NCBI GenBank assembly: GCA_963754875.1
Contig: CAVWHO010000020.1
Coordinates: forward strand, 96,001-160,000
DNA length: 64,000 bases
Source of the DNA: Nitrospirota bacterium
GTDB taxonomy: Bacteria; Nitrospirota; UBA9217
Direction of reading: 5' to 3'
Shown here piece after piece: positions 19,556-29,851 of this stretch. A program made the translations under genes and the position numbers. The notes beneath the pieces were generated by a model. That model ran no database searches and had not been told where the DNA came from. It was given only the letters and a program-made list of their open reading frames with translations. How positions within the stretch are numbered: the stretch's first letter is position 1; each line of letters begins with the position of its first letter.

Positions 19556-20077
19556 ATGCCGAACGCCTGTCTGAAAAAAGCAGTACCTATCTGCATGTTT
19601 GTCGCCCTGTGCGCGTATGCTGGAGCCGGATTTGCAGGGAGGATGACCCCGGACCACTTCGCCGCGGAAGTGTCGAACATTACTTATCAGAACAACGACG
19701 AGTACCTTGTGGAAATTACCATAACAAACAGTTCTAATGAAACAGTGGTTCTGGAAGGATATGAGGCGAGTTTTTCCGTACAGAGCGAAATCCTTGGCCA
19801 GTGGATTGAACTTAGCCATCGCGCGGTCGGCGTTCCGGGGCACCCTGCCGGGCTCGCTGCTCTCAGCGGAAAAAAATGGAAGACCACGGAGACCGTAATT
19901 ATACCGTTCGCTGGTCCTCACCTGTTCAGAAACCATGAGGGTGATATGAATTTGCTGTTCCGATATAAGCTCAAATTAACTGGTACCTCATCTTCCCGAG
20001 AAGGTGAAGACGGTGGAGAAAGTGCTTATTGGGTGACGCCGCAAACAGACCGGTGGGTGCTCAGGGAGGGGATGTAG
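19556..20077 (+). CDS. Secreted hypothetical protein (distant paralogue of A/B)
   Basis: Signal peptide; YLVEITITN...VQ...WIEL...GDMN pattern. Confidence 0.65.
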   Translation: MPNACLKKAVPICMFVALCAYAGAGFAGRMTPDHFAAEVSNITYQNNDEYLVEITITNSSNETVVLEGYEASFSVQSEILGQWIELSHRAVGVPGHPAGLAALSGKKWKTTETVIIPFAGPHLFRNHEGDMNLLFRYKLKLTGTSSSREGEDGGESAYWVTPQTDRWVLREGM

Positions 20078-20307
20078 AGGCGACATTCACCATGCCGTTA
20101 GATCTCGTGGTACGAGTGGTGAGTTTGCAGATCAGCGAGCTGGTTTCCCGGACTAAGATCCGGCATATGGCATAATGTGATGATAACTTATCTGGTTTTT
20201 TCAGGGTGCCGTTGTGATATAATATAACGTCAACGAAAGATTAGGAGCGGTTTGCGGTTATGAACGGCAGAAGGGGCGTCAAGAAGGGTCTTCCGAAGGA
20301 AAGGAAA

Positions 20308-20604
20308 ATGAGGCTAAACTGCTGGGAAGTCATGAAGTGCGGAAGGGAACCCGGAGGGAGCAACGTAGCGGCACACGGGATATGCCCTGCCGTGACCTGC
20401 GCAAAGCTTGACAGCGCTCACGGAGGGAAAAATGCGGGCCGTGTGTGCTGGATCGTTGCCGGCACGATGTGTGGTGGAGAGATTCAGGGGAGTTTCGCTC
20501 GAAAATACTCCGACTGCCGGAAATGCAGGTTCTACCAGATGGTAATGGAAGAAGAAGGGCCGAACTTTCATTTAACAATAGACCTTGTAGAGTGGCTCAA
20601 ATAG
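20308..20604 (+). CDS. Two-CW domain Cys-rich small protein
   Basis: NCWEVMKCGREPGG...CPA...CWIVAGTMC...CRKCRFY. Confidence 0.75.
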   Translation: MRLNCWEVMKCGREPGGSNVAAHGICPAVTCAKLDSAHGGKNAGRVCWIVAGTMCGGEIQGSFARKYSDCRKCRFYQMVMEEEGPNFHLTIDLVEWLK

Positions 20605-20606
20605 GC

Positions 20607-21950
20607 TCATCTAATACCGTATCTATTCATCTTACGCCAGAGCGTCGTTCTGTTGGTTCCCAGTTCTCTGCATACTTTGCCCAGATTGTGGTCGTTCCTT
20701 TCGATGCTTTTCACGATGACATCTTTTTCCCATTCTTCCAGGGTGCCGGGATTTTCCTCTTTGCTCGCGCCGATAGACATGTCAAACAGTTGGTTTGTAA
20801 ACCCGAGCGACAGATCGGGTACTGTTATCACCAGCCCCGTTGCGATTGCTGCAGCACTGGTTATGATGTTCTGCAGTTCACGCACATTCCCGGGGAAGTC
20901 ATATCGGTAAAGAAATTCCAGGGCTTCCGGCGACAGGTCAATATCAGGTTTGCTGTGCGCGACCCTGACGTTTTTCAAAAAATTTTGAGCCAGGACGGGA
21001 ACATCCTCCGGTCGCTCCCTGAGCGGCGGGATGTGGACTTGGGTGACCTTGATTCGGTAATAGAGGTCTTCCCGGAATGTGCCGTTCTCAACGGCCTGTT
21101 CAAGATTCCGGTTCGTGGCGGCGATTATCCTGACATCCACACCCCTGTGTTGGTTCTCACCCACCCGTCGGATAGTTCGGTCCTGCAGAACGTCAAGTAA
21201 CTTTGCCTGCATGGTATACGGCATAGCACAGATCTCATCGAGGAACAGGGTCCCGCCGTTCGCTTCTTCAAATAAACCTTTTCTGTCAAGAATCGCTCCG
21301 GTAAACGCTCCCTTCACATGACCGAACAGCTCGCTTTCCAGCAGGTGTTCTGGGACGGCGGAACAGTTTATGGCCACATACGATTTCCTGCTTCTGCAAC
21401 TGAGGCTGTGCACCGTTTTGGCGACGAGGTTCTTTCCGGTGCCTGTCTCTCCGGATATAAGGACCGTCAGATCCACTTGAGCAATCTTGCGTATCTTGGC
21501 AATCAGCGCTTTTGTTGCATCACTGTATCCAAGGATGGGAATCTCGCTGTCATTTGTCTCATGCAGGGACGTTATCTCGCGTTCCGTCTCTATATGGGTC
21601 AGGGACTTTCTTACCCGGTGAAGTATCTCTTCGTTCTTAAAAGGCTTTACGATATAATCGAAAGCCCCGAGTTTCATGGCCAGGACGGCGGAATCGACCG
21701 TACCGTACCCCGTCATGATGATCACGTCAGCCTGGTGATGTCTTTCGAGGACATAATACAGAACGTCGAGTCCGGTGCCCGGCGACATTTTCAAGTCCGT
21801 AATAACTAGATCAAATTGACCTGAGGCGAGGTGTTCGGCGGCGCGCTTTCCGTTTTTCGCCTCTTCCACCGAATAACCTTCTTTCCGCAAGAGAATCACG
21901 AGGCTCCGTCTCATGCCGTCCTGATCGTCTATTACTAGTATCTTGGCCAT
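20607..21950 (-). CDS. Sigma-54-dependent response regulator (NtrC family)
   Basis: Receiver domain, GETGTGK, ESELFGH, GAFTGA, C-terminal Fis-type HTH. Confidence 0.95.
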   Translation of the reverse strand: MAKILVIDDQDGMRRSLVILLRKEGYSVEEAKNGKRAAEHLASGQFDLVITDLKMSPGTGLDVLYYVLERHHQADVIIMTGYGTVDSAVLAMKLGAFDYIVKPFKNEEILHRVRKSLTHIETEREITSLHETNDSEIPILGYSDATKALIAKIRKIAQVDLTVLISGETGTGKNLVAKTVHSLSCRSRKSYVAINCSAVPEHLLESELFGHVKGAFTGAILDRKGLFEEANGGTLFLDEICAMPYTMQAKLLDVLQDRTIRRVGENQHRGVDVRIIAATNRNLEQAVENGTFREDLYYRIKVTQVHIPPLRERPEDVPVLAQNFLKNVRVAHSKPDIDLSPEALEFLYRYDFPGNVRELQNIITSAAAIATGLVITVPDLSLGFTNQLFDMSIGASKEENPGTLEEWEKDVIVKSIERNDHNLGKVCRELGTNRTTLWRKMNRYGIR

Positions 21951-21988
21951 TTACTCTCCACTTCTGTCCGGCCGCCCACCATTCGCTC

Positions 21989-23646
21989 TCACGCTCGGTC
22001 GCCCTCACATGCGGCCTCAACCGTCTCGGGGGCGGGGAAATTAAGCTGAACATGGGTTCCCTTCCCCGGGGTGCTGGAAAGAAGAACGTACCCGTTGTGT
22101 TCCTTCACGATTTTGTGCACGATATTGAGCCCCAGGCCCAGTCCCGAGTCTTTTGTCGTGAAAAAAGGTTGAAAGGCCTGCGACACGACTTCCGGAGACA
22201 TACCGGCACCGGTATCGGCTATTGAGATCTCCACTTCGTTCTCGGACCGCTTGAACCGTGTTGAAATGGATACTTCTCCTCCTGCCGAAATAGCCTGCCG
22301 GGCGTTGATCAGCAGGTTGAGCAGGATCTGTCTGAATCGGTTCTCTGTCGAGCATCAGCCGGGGCACATCCGGCGCGAAGGAGTGCTCGATCCGGACCTT
22401 CGTCCAGCCTAACTTGTCGCTCCGGAGCAGCGAGATCGTTTCCTGGATGAGCGGGTGGACATCGGTCGCCTCCATCTTCAAGAGCGACGGGCGGGCGAAG
22501 CTTAAGAAATCCTCGGTCATATTGTTGAGCCGGTCCATTTCTTTTTCGACGATCCCGATCAATTCGAGATCGTCGCGGCCTAACGAGCTGTACCGTTTGA
22601 GCGCACCAAGAGAATTGGAGATGGCGCCGAGAGGGTTCCTGATTTCATGTGCCACCATGGCGGCCATTTTGCCCAACGAAGCAAGCTTTTCCGATTCCTT
22701 TAGGTATTTTTGCGTCGTTTTCAGTCGGTCATAAGCATCGCGGATCTCGAAGTTTTTCTGCTCGATCTCCCGGAGGAAGTTAGCCAGCTTAATCTTTGAT
22801 TCATGAAGGCGGTACACGGTGTGGGTGAATCCGTAAACAAGGCCGATGAGTAGACCTGAAGATATCATTACCTTGATGATATGCCAGTACCACCAGAGGG
22901 GATCCCAGAGTTTTGAAAAGGAGAACAACAGCTCACTTTCAAAGAAAAGGAGAGCTGCCGTCCCGAAGATCAGGTAAATGACGTCATTTGTTTTCAAAAA
23001 ACCTTTTACGAAAACGAAGCCTACAAGGAGATACAACATGCCTGCAATGAAATTGACAGCGTAAATCAAATTGCTAAATTGTCCTCGTACCTGGATCGCA
23101 CTCGCACTGTGCGGAGGCCTTATTGACAAGACGTTGGGAATGATCTCGACCATTCTCGTAGCCAGCAGGGCGAGTAGGATGATCAGGACGATCCCCGAGG
23201 CAACGAGACCGCTTCTGGTCCATGATGATTTTGCAGGTTCGCCCATCTTTTTGTTCAGAAAGGTGGAACCCGCGAGGAATACGAGACCCGAAAAAAGCGC
23301 TGCAGGAATGGAACCAGACAAAAGTGTTGTAATCATAATCGGAAAAAGCGTGAAAGATGTCGAGGATGCCGATCGAAAAGAATGCAAAGACTAGCCAGAG
23401 GATGTTTTTCTTCCCCGAAAGCTGGTATTCCCAGGCCAGGATGAATGCTATGATGCCGGAGATGAGTCCGCAGAATAGTTCAAGTGTCGCATGTTTTGAA
23501 GCATCTACAAAGAACAGATTGTTTGCCGCTGGTATGACGAATGGCTCGACGATAGACAAGGAGGCAACAGTAGCCAAGGTGAAAAAAGTGAGGAAAAGAA
23601 GCTTGTTTCGGTTGATCGGGGAGTGACCGCTTTCTACATCATCCAA
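21989..23646 (-). CDS. Membrane sensor histidine kinase (MASE3-like N-terminus); two frameshifts (~23270, ~22335)
   Basis: Multi-TM N-terminus (HATLELFCG, LDIFHA), HEIRNPL H-box, DTGAGM / PFFTTK / GLGLGL in the final fragment; start uncertain. Confidence 0.85.
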
Positions 23647-24015
23647 GCGAAATACCACATACCTGAGCAATGGCTCCTCGTAATTCACGGAGAGCAATTT
23701 CCTCAAATGACTGATTACGCGGTGTATTATCATTCCGAAGGTCCTGAAGAGGAATTTGCAAGGATTGCAACCAGAAAAAGTAAACTGCCATCAAACCGGT
23801 ATGACATGGGCGGGCTGCTCTCAAAAGACAGAGCTGTTCTCGGCAACACTGCTTAACTCTGTCCCCATATGTTTAATGTTACACCATATTGCAAAAAAAT
23901 ACTACTGCTGCGGACATATGAAAGAGACGTACTTGAGACTGGACTGAGGTGCGAGGAGGGAAATAACGGTTTGCATTGAAAACTTGTCTTTTATTTTTTC
24001 TCGTTTTTTTGTTTT

Positions 24016-24186
24016 TCAGACTGGCTTGTTTTTGGATTCATCTTCTCCTGAAATGGCTTTCTTAAATGATTTTATACTTTTCCCTAGACCTTCTCCAATT
24101 TCCGGTAGCTTTCCAGGGCCAAAAATTATTAACACGATAAAGAGAATTACGAGCAAATGCATTGGCCGAAAAAGTCCTTCAAACAT
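24016..24186 (-). CDS. tatA: Twin-arginine translocase subunit TatA
   Basis: 56 aa, [32 protein letters not shown]. Confidence 0.92.
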   Translation of the reverse strand: MFEGLFRPMHLLVILFIVLIIFGPGKLPEIGEGLGKSIKSFKKAISGEDESKNKPV

Positions 24187-24483
24187 AATTAATTTCTCCT
24201 TTGACATACTACTATTTTTTGACGTTAGAAATACCAATTTGTATATTTGTAAAATATTTGCATAGAAGAACGGTTTCAATTATTAAATGGGTGATATAGG
24301 TAGGCAAGCATAGATTTAGGTCCAGATCTTGCTCGCATGACTGCCGCATAACTTTTATCCTATATCTGAGTTGCCGAGTGCGCGACATCTCCTAGACTGG
24401 CTGCGCAGTTTCTCTAATAAAAATGCGTTATTCATGGCCAATTGATTTCCGAATATTATGAGCAAAAAAAGGCGCAATACTAA

Positions 24484-24618
24484 TGTAGGATCGCCGAATA
24501 TGGTGGTTCCGCGGTTTCGGGTGGCACTCCCACTTTTATAGAACCCGCTTTAGATACCACCCCGGCTACCGTACTAGCAAATGCCAAGTTTGAACAAACT
24601 ACGACTTGTTAAATTCAT
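24484..24618 (-). pseudogene. Decayed copy of the TcDH 5' end (Tat signal region)
   Basis: Minus strand reads MNLTSRSLFKLGI/ASTVAGVVSKAGSIKVG...IFGDPT versus MKVTRRNLFKLGIASAVAGVVAKVGSLKVG...IFGDPT; indels, RR lost. Confidence 0.85.
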
Positions 24619-24703
24619 TTTAACATCTTTTGTCATTTGTTTGGGGTCACATCCCGATGAAGTTAAATATTAAGCACCTCTTTTCACCTCTTATCAGTTA
24701 CAC

Positions 24704-24828
24704 TGCAAAACGTATGCCCGACCATGCCTGTTTTCAACTAACTGATTCCTTGGAGGTTCTAGATGGAACCGCACAGTCCATCTTTCCAAATTGAAACATT
24801 CAAAGAACGGGGTTTTCCATTGTGAAAA
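24704..24828 (-). promoter_or_regulatory. Second (inverted) sigma-54 promoter and enhancer, homologous to 10428-10551
   Basis: Minus strand CGGGCATACGTTTTGCA, ATCAGTTAGTTG, TTTTCACAATGGAAAA. Confidence 0.78.
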
Positions 24829-25415
24829 GAGTTTTTTCTTGCACAGACCATCAGTCTAATCCTCGCTACTGCCTACTCATTTACTTTCTGGCTTCTTCTA
24901 AATAATTGGTATTCTTTGATTTAGCTTGCTTTGAGGCACTTCGGTGGATCTTGGAGACGAGTTTCAGTATATGTTCCATGATCTACTAATTTTGCCTGGC
25001 AGGTTTGCTCGCTTCTTATGGTGTTGCTTGCGCAATCATTTATCTCTAAAAAAAATATAGCGCATTGCGTAATGTCCGCCAGTAACATGTGGATATCTGC
25101 CTTGGGGCGGAAACGTGATGACTTTATAGTTAATATAAATTGATATTTATTCCGTCGGAGCAGGCGGCTGCAGAAGGATAGCGATTTACTATGGGACGAG
25201 CGTAAACAATATCATGGCAGCGATGGAATAAACGGCATAGCGGAATGATTTCAGGAAACGGAAACTCGGGCACGGTTTATTATCAAGGGCAATAATCAAT
25301 ATTGGGCTGTCGCTGCGGATATGTAAGTGGACTAGACGGACTGGGAGGAACAAAATAAAGTAGATGCCACGGTATGAGGTTTTAAAACGTATCTATTTGA
25401 AATTAAATGGAAAAT

Positions 25416-25514
25416 TGGCGGGAGAGCATGAGAATCGAACTCACCTCACCGTACTCACGCACGGTGACAGCGGATTTGAAGTCCGGGACGGGCACCAGCT
25501 CCGTAACCTCTCCC
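25416..25514 (-). tRNA. selC: tRNA-Sec (UCA)
   Basis: GGGAGAGG...GGACTTCAAATCC...long variable arm...GTTCGATTC...CTCTCCCGCCA, 99 nt; selA and selB nearby. Confidence 0.95.
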
Positions 25515-25583
25515 TTATGAGAAGTGCTTATTTGAAAATTGAAGGTTGGAAATTGGAAAATTGAAAATCTGCAATCTTCGACA

Positions 25584-25612
25584 ATTATACTGTAAACGGT
25601 GTTGCTTCGCAA
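25584..25612 (-). promoter_or_regulatory. Sigma-70 promoter of selC
   Basis: TTGCGA-17 bp-TATAAT on the minus strand. Confidence 0.6.
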
Positions 25613-25678
25613 CTGCGTTTTACTTTCAAAACACTTTCCTGTTTTGTCCTCAGCACTCTTAACTTACGTTGTAAAGAT

Positions 25679-27664
25679 CTACGCCTTTTTTTTCGTCAGC
25701 AGGTCCATTGCTTTGTCCAGGTCAACATGGGCGCCGAGAAGCACCACGATATCGTCGGGCTGAAGGGCGAGTTCCGGGCCGGGGTTTGTGATCGCTTCGT
25801 TGTTTCGCGCGATGGCGATGACCGTGGCGCCGGTATTTTTCCGGATGTCGAGGTCGCGGAGGGTCTTGCCCGCGCCCGGGGAATCAGGCCCGATCTGGAT
25901 GTTGTCCACGGTCGCCCCGACGAACAGCGCGGCGATGCGGCCGATGTTCTCCTGGTCCAGCGAGTAGCCCCGCAGCATTTTATAGCCGCCGAAACGCACA
26001 AGCTGGATCTGGCTCGCAATGATGTTGCCCGGGACGTGATACTCGTGCAGCACGCGCGAAAAGATCTCGATCGAGGTCTCGAACTCCTCGGGGATCACCT
26101 GGTTTGCGCCGAGCTTGGTAGAGCTCGTCCACTTCACGTGGCATACCGGGTGCGGATGAGAATGAAGATCGCGGGATTGAGCTCGCGCGCCATGCGGATG
26201 GCGATCCGCGTCGCCGTGTTGTCGGAGATGGCGAAGACAATGACCTTGGCGCAATCCACGCCGGCCCGCAGCGAGCACGTCCCTTCGCGTGATGTCGCCG
26301 TAGATGATGGGCTCGCCTTCTTCGCGCGCCTTGCGGATCGTATCTGCGTTCACCTCAAGCACGACATAGGGGATATGGGTCGCCTTGAGCGTCTTGGAAA
26401 GGTTGCGGCCGTTCAAACCGTATCCCGCAATGATCGTGTGCCCGGTGAGCGAACAGAAGTTTTTCTTTTCGCCGGCTTCTGCGGTCGTTTCGGGAAGACG
26501 CGTGGTGAACCAGGGGCCTGCCTGGATCAGGAACGGTGCGGCAAGCATGCTCAGGATGGACGTATTGATGAACAACTGGAAGACGTCTCCGCCCATCAAA
26601 CCGCTGTCGTGGCCCTGCTGGGCCAGGAGAAAGGAAAATTCGCCGATCTGGGCAAGGCCGAGTCCGGTAAGCAGGGAGGTGCGTATGGGATAGCGAAGCA
26701 TCCAGGCAGTCGCTGCCACGAGGCCGGTCTTCAAAACGATGAGGACCGCGGCAAGGAAAACGAGGATGAGCCAGTGGGTCCTGAAAAATTCGGTGTGCAG
26801 CAGCATGCCGATGGAAATGAAGAAGATGCTCGCGAAATAATCCCGAAAGGGCATGATCTCCGCCACGATATGGTGGCTGTATTCGGACTCGGAGATGATC
26901 AGGCCGGCAAGGAATGCACCGAGCGCGAGGGACAGGCCGAGGCTGTAGGTGACCCAGGCCGTGCCGAGGCAGAGCAGCACCACGAGGAGAAAGAAGATCT
27001 CCCGGTTCCGAAGCCTGATGACGTGGTGGAGCAGGAACGGGACGACCTGGCGTGCAGCGATATACACGCCGATGAGACCGAGGACGGCCTTGCCGAGGGA
27101 GATGAGGACCGAGAGGGGCGTGACCGCGCCTGCCGAACTAGCCTGGCTCAGGACCGGCAGCAGGAGCATCATGGGTACAACTGCAATGTCCTGGAATAGC
27201 AGGATGCCGGTGCCGAGCCGTCCGTGGGCCGTGTCGAGCTCGGTTCGGTCGGCGTACATCTTGAGCACGATGGCCGTGCTGCTTAAGGACGCGAGGAAAC
27301 CGAAGAACAGGGCCTGGGGCAGCGGATAGTGGAAGAGGACCGCGATGCCCATGACAACGGCGATGGTCAGCACGACCTGGATGCCGCCGCCGATCAGGAA
27401 CTGCCGTCCTGACTTGAAGATGTCCTCAAGGGAAAATTCGAGGCCCACGGTGAACAGGAGCAGGACCACGCCGATGTCGGCGAGTCGTTCGACCACCCTG
27501 GTCTCGGTAATGATCGCGGCGCCGTAGGGGCCGATCAGAACACCGGTGATCAAGAACCCCACGAGCGCAGGCAGCTTCGCGCGGTGGAATACATAGGTGA
27601 TCGGAAGGGACACCGCGAGCAGGATGATCAGTTCGCGGAGAATGGTGATTTCCTGTTCCTGCAT
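25679..27664 (-). CDS. Kef-type CPA2 cation:proton antiporter with TrkA-N/TrkA-C domains (compensating frameshifts ~26130-26290)
   Basis: GVVLLLFTVGLE, LSSTAIV, FQD, GYGLNG; garbled segment between GDITRR and LGANQVIPEE. Confidence 0.9.
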   Translation of the reverse strand: MQEQEITILRELIILLAVSLPITYVFHRAKLPALVGFLITGVLIGPYGAAIITETRVVERLADIGVVLLLFTVGLEFSLEDIFKSGRQFLIGGGIQVVLTIAVVMGIAVLFHYPLPQALFFGFLASLSSTAIVLKMYADRTELDTAHGRLGTGILLFQDIAVVPMMLLLPVLSQASSAGAVTPLSVLISLGKAVLGLIGVYIAARQVVPFLLHHVIRLRNREIFFLLVVLLCLGTAWVTYSLGLSLALGAFLAGLIISESEYSHHIVAEIMPFRDYFASIFFISIGMLLHTEFFRTHWLILVFLAAVLIVLKTGLVAATAWMLRYPIRTSLLTGLGLAQIGEFSFLLAQQGHDSGLMGGDVFQLFINTSILSMLAAPFLIQAGPWFTTRLPETTAEAGEKKNFCSLTGHTIIAGYGLNGRNLSKTLKATHIPYVVLEVNADTIRKAREEGEPIIYGDITRRDVLAAGRRGLRQGHCLRHLRQHGDADRHPHGARAQSRDLHSHPHPVCHVKWTSSTKLGANQVIPEEFETSIEIFSRVLHEYHVPGNIIASQIQLVRFGGYKMLRGYSLDQENIGRIAALFVGATVDNIQIGPDSPGAGKTLRDLDIRKNTGATVIAIARNNEAITNPGPELALQPDDIVVLLGAHVDLDKAMDLLTKKKA

Positions 27665-27672
27665 GGAGCTAC

Positions 27673-28957
27673 TCATAGCACATCCCTCAGGAGAAGCAAA
27701 CAGGCATTAGAAACCTTGCTCAATGCGTTCGAGCGCCATGCCTCGATCTTCTTCCGTTTCATGATCACGATGAAAAACACGATCCCGCAGATCAGCCCGC
27801 CTAGGGCGAAGGTGAGGGGAGCTTTGAGGACATGGGCGACTGAGCCGGCAAACAAGCTTCCGAAGGGCGTCAAACCGCCGAATGCAAGGGTGTAGACGCT
27901 CATTACTCTTCCACGAAGCCGGTCCTCGGTGTTCAACTGGACTGTGGTGTTTGCCATGCCGAAGAAGGTGACCATGGACCAGCCGGACAAAGCGAGCAGG
28001 AGGGCGGTCAGTCCGTAGGATTTCTGTAACCCGATAAGCATCAGGACGAGCGACAGCCCCATCCCGCCGCCCAACAGGAGGAATCGATTTGGGTCCGTGC
28101 TTGCTCAGGACTGCCAGGGAAAAAGCGCCGATCAAGGCGCCGACGCCGAAGGAAGACATGAGGAAGCCGTAGGCCGCGGCATCGCGGTGGAGCTCTTGCC
28201 GGGAGAAGACGGGGACGAGTACGTTAAAATTCGTTCCGAAGATGCTGACCACGGACACGAGAAGAATGACGATCATGACCACGGGCGTGTTCTTGATGTA
28301 GCTAATCGCTTCCCTGATGTCGGAAATGACGTGGTAAGACCTCGGCTCAGCCGGGCGCTCGGCGAACTTCATAAGCAAAAGTCCCCACAGCACGGCCAGG
28401 AAACTGAGCCCGTTGACGAAGAAACAGACTGCGGTCCCGGCTGCGCCGATGAGGAGTCCCGCTATCGCAGGGCCGACGGCCCTCGCTGCATTGAATATGG
28501 AGGAGTTCATCGCAATGGCGTTCATGAGGTCTTCTTTGCCGACCATCTCGATGATGAAGGCCTGACGCGCCGGCATGTCGATGGTATTGACGATGCCGAG
28601 GAGCGTGGCAAGGATCAGGATGTGCCAGTATTGGACTACCCCGCCCCAGACGAGCAGGGAAAGCGTAAACGCCAGGAGCATGAGGACCGTCTGGGTCATG
28701 ATGATGATCTTCCGTTTGGAGAAGTAATCGATGAACGGACCGGTAATGAACGAGAGGAACAGCATGGGCAGGAACTGGAGCGCCGAAACCACGCCCAGCT
28801 TGAAGGACGAATGGGTGAGTTCCAGAACGAGCCACGCCTGTCCCACGTTCTGCATCCAGGTGCCGATGAGGGACACGAGTTGGCCGGAAAAAAAGAGGCG
28901 GAAGTTCCGGTGGCGCAAGGAGCGGAAGAGCGTTTTCATCATTGATGGTTCTTGCAT
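27673..28957 (-). CDS. MFS transporter (frameshift ~28085)
   Basis: LRHRNFRLFFSGQLVSLIGTWMQ; C-terminal LRGRVMS in a second frame. Confidence 0.88.
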
Positions 28958-29177
28958 AGTGTTGTCTCTTTCAAATAAAGTATAGCACCTGAAGGGGAGG
29001 GACAAAAGAAGTGAGCATAACGAAGAAGGTTGAATGAACTACTTCACCTACGAGTGTGCAACGATGACTCCTTAAAAATAATTCGATATTCTGGTTGAAT
29101 CATGCATTGTTGAACGCCATGATTCTGAACTGAAAATCATGAAAAAGCTCTCCGAGCTGGCGCTTTTAGTATCTAGA

Positions 29178-29615
29178 TTATTTTATTATCCACTCGGCAA
29201 GGATATGACCCAGAAGAAATATACTGGCAAGAATGAAAAGAAAAGATACGATTTCAAGAAACCAAAGGATAGGCCCATTATGCGAATGAGGAGAGTTTTT
29301 TGTCGTATCGGAAAGGGTGAGCTTGCCAGATGATATTGGTAAGCCCTTTGTGCTTTTTTTTACCCAAATTGTGCATCCGAAAAAGTATAGCGGTAGAATG
29401 ATGAAAAAAAATTGTGGTAAGTTCAGAAACGTTGAAAATGTGACAGCTAATGGTACGCAAATTAGCAAGAGGCGCTTTATAGTAAGTCGAAACCCGTCTT
29501 TTCTATCATCGGGAAGAATATATCCTTTACTGAATATCCACAAAGGATAAAATATTGTATTCCCTTTTTCATCTGTTTTAAATGAAGCATCCGTGAGTCC
29601 GTCAAAGTATCCCAT
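29178..29615 (-). CDS. AT-rich hypothetical membrane protein
   Basis: ORF with about 3 hydrophobic segments and a GAGG RBS. Confidence 0.6.
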   Translation of the reverse strand: MGYFDGLTDASFKTDEKGNTIFYPLWIFSKGYILPDDRKDGFRLTIKRLLLICVPLAVTFSTFLNLPQFFFIILPLYFFGCTIWVKKSTKGLPISSGKLTLSDTTKNSPHSHNGPILWFLEIVSFLFILASIFLLGHILAEWIIK

Positions 29616-29851
29616 ATTATACCTCATACGTATCGTTTCAATTATTAACTAGGCTGACCAAACAGGTGCGTGACGTAAGGCCGAGATTGCCTGCTTTTTA
29701 CGAATATATGCCTGATCGAAGAAGATGTCAACGATTTCGAATGGACTCCAAATGGATTTTACGGGTAGCTGTTCACGTATACAGGTTCAAAATTTATGTG
29801 TTCCAGAGAATGGAAACTTCAACAGCTTAAGGATGAAGTCGATAACGTACA

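Larger units (their letters stand above)
9822..25439. mobile_element. Genomic island integrated at tRNA-Sec carrying a TcDH-like gene cluster
   Basis: 26-bp direct repeats at both ends, one within selC; self-contained cargo; AT-rich termini; no integrase recognised. Confidence 0.85.

Noticed and set aside
24850..25410. Integrase remnant next to the tRNA
   Set aside because: No tyrosine-recombinase motif or sustained ORF recognisable.
25364..25612. Short ORFs overlapping selC
   Set aside because: Explained by the tRNA gene and its promoter.
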